Assembly (NCBI GenBank): GCA_964016885.1
Contig: OZ024741.1
Span: 125,798,001 to 125,862,000, forward strand
Direction of reading: 5' to 3'
Origin: Eledone cirrhosa
Lineage: Eukaryota
Length of the DNA stretch: 64,000 nt
Part shown: piece after piece, positions 63,577 to 64,000 of the stretch
Numbering within the stretch: the stretch's first letter is position 1
Layout of the letters: each line of letters opens with the position of its first letter
Made by a program: the position numbers and the translations under genes
Notes under the pieces: generated by a model
Database searches by the model: none
Told to the model about the DNA's origin: nothing
What the model saw: only the letters and a program-made list of their open reading frames with translations

Positions 63577-63964
63577 TCTATCTGTTTGTACACATACCAC
63601 AATACATGTGTAGGCAGTTGTTTAAATGCATACACAATGGCTTGACTTAAATGTTACCTCACCAAACACAAACAGATAATACAGCTTCATAACACACACC
63701 ATATAAGACAGGAAAGAAAAAGATTGGGAAAAAAACAAATGGACACAAAAAACATACTAATAATAAATATATAACTGAATAAACGTAAATATTGTTGTTG
63801 TTCTTGCTGTTGCAGTTGTTGTCTTTGAGTTGTTTTTTTTTTAAGCAATCACTCATTCTAATTTATCTAATGAATTTCTGTGAAAATAACACTGACTTAA
63901 CGTGACCAAATAGACTCCAGAGAAAGCTATTTTGAAAATTGTTTTCACACCATTTTGAATAATA

Positions 63965-63986
63965 AAATATCTCTTTCATTTTGCAG
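63965..63986 (+). promoter_or_regulatory. Candidate 3' splice acceptor
   Basis: tctctttcattttgcag|G, followed by GC-richer sequence at the window edge. Confidence 0.35.
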
Positions 63987-64000
63987 GCGATGCCGTGTCA

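Overview
Repeat-saturated animal genomic DNA with no recognisable host gene. The SINE families and (TA)n/(CA)n content suggest an octopod cephalopod; this is an inference. Main components: (1) an ~18.6-kb CA-rich satellite complex (8450-27090), including a 14.6-kb 20-bp minisatellite that produces all the giant spurious ORFs; (2) many tRNA-derived SINEs, two Helitron-like elements, a hAT MITE and LINE relics (RTE, CR1/L2, CRE, Tx1); (3) a near-complete Penelope-like element (RT + GIY-YIG, minus strand, 40687-44075) between long inverted repeats; (4) two tandem Tx1/L1-type LINEs embedded in (CTAT)n. The most striking signal is ~17 type I hammerhead-ribozyme motifs from at least seven sequence families, all in (TA)n-associated Penelope pseudo-LTR-like cassettes. 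Four families carry a compensatory U3-A8 core in place of C3-G8. One family forms a 6 x 593-bp head-to-tail array with one hammerhead per unit, the architecture of a non-LTR retrozyme. All ribozyme calls are by-eye structure predictions; none has been tested for activity. Boundaries of decayed elements are approximate.
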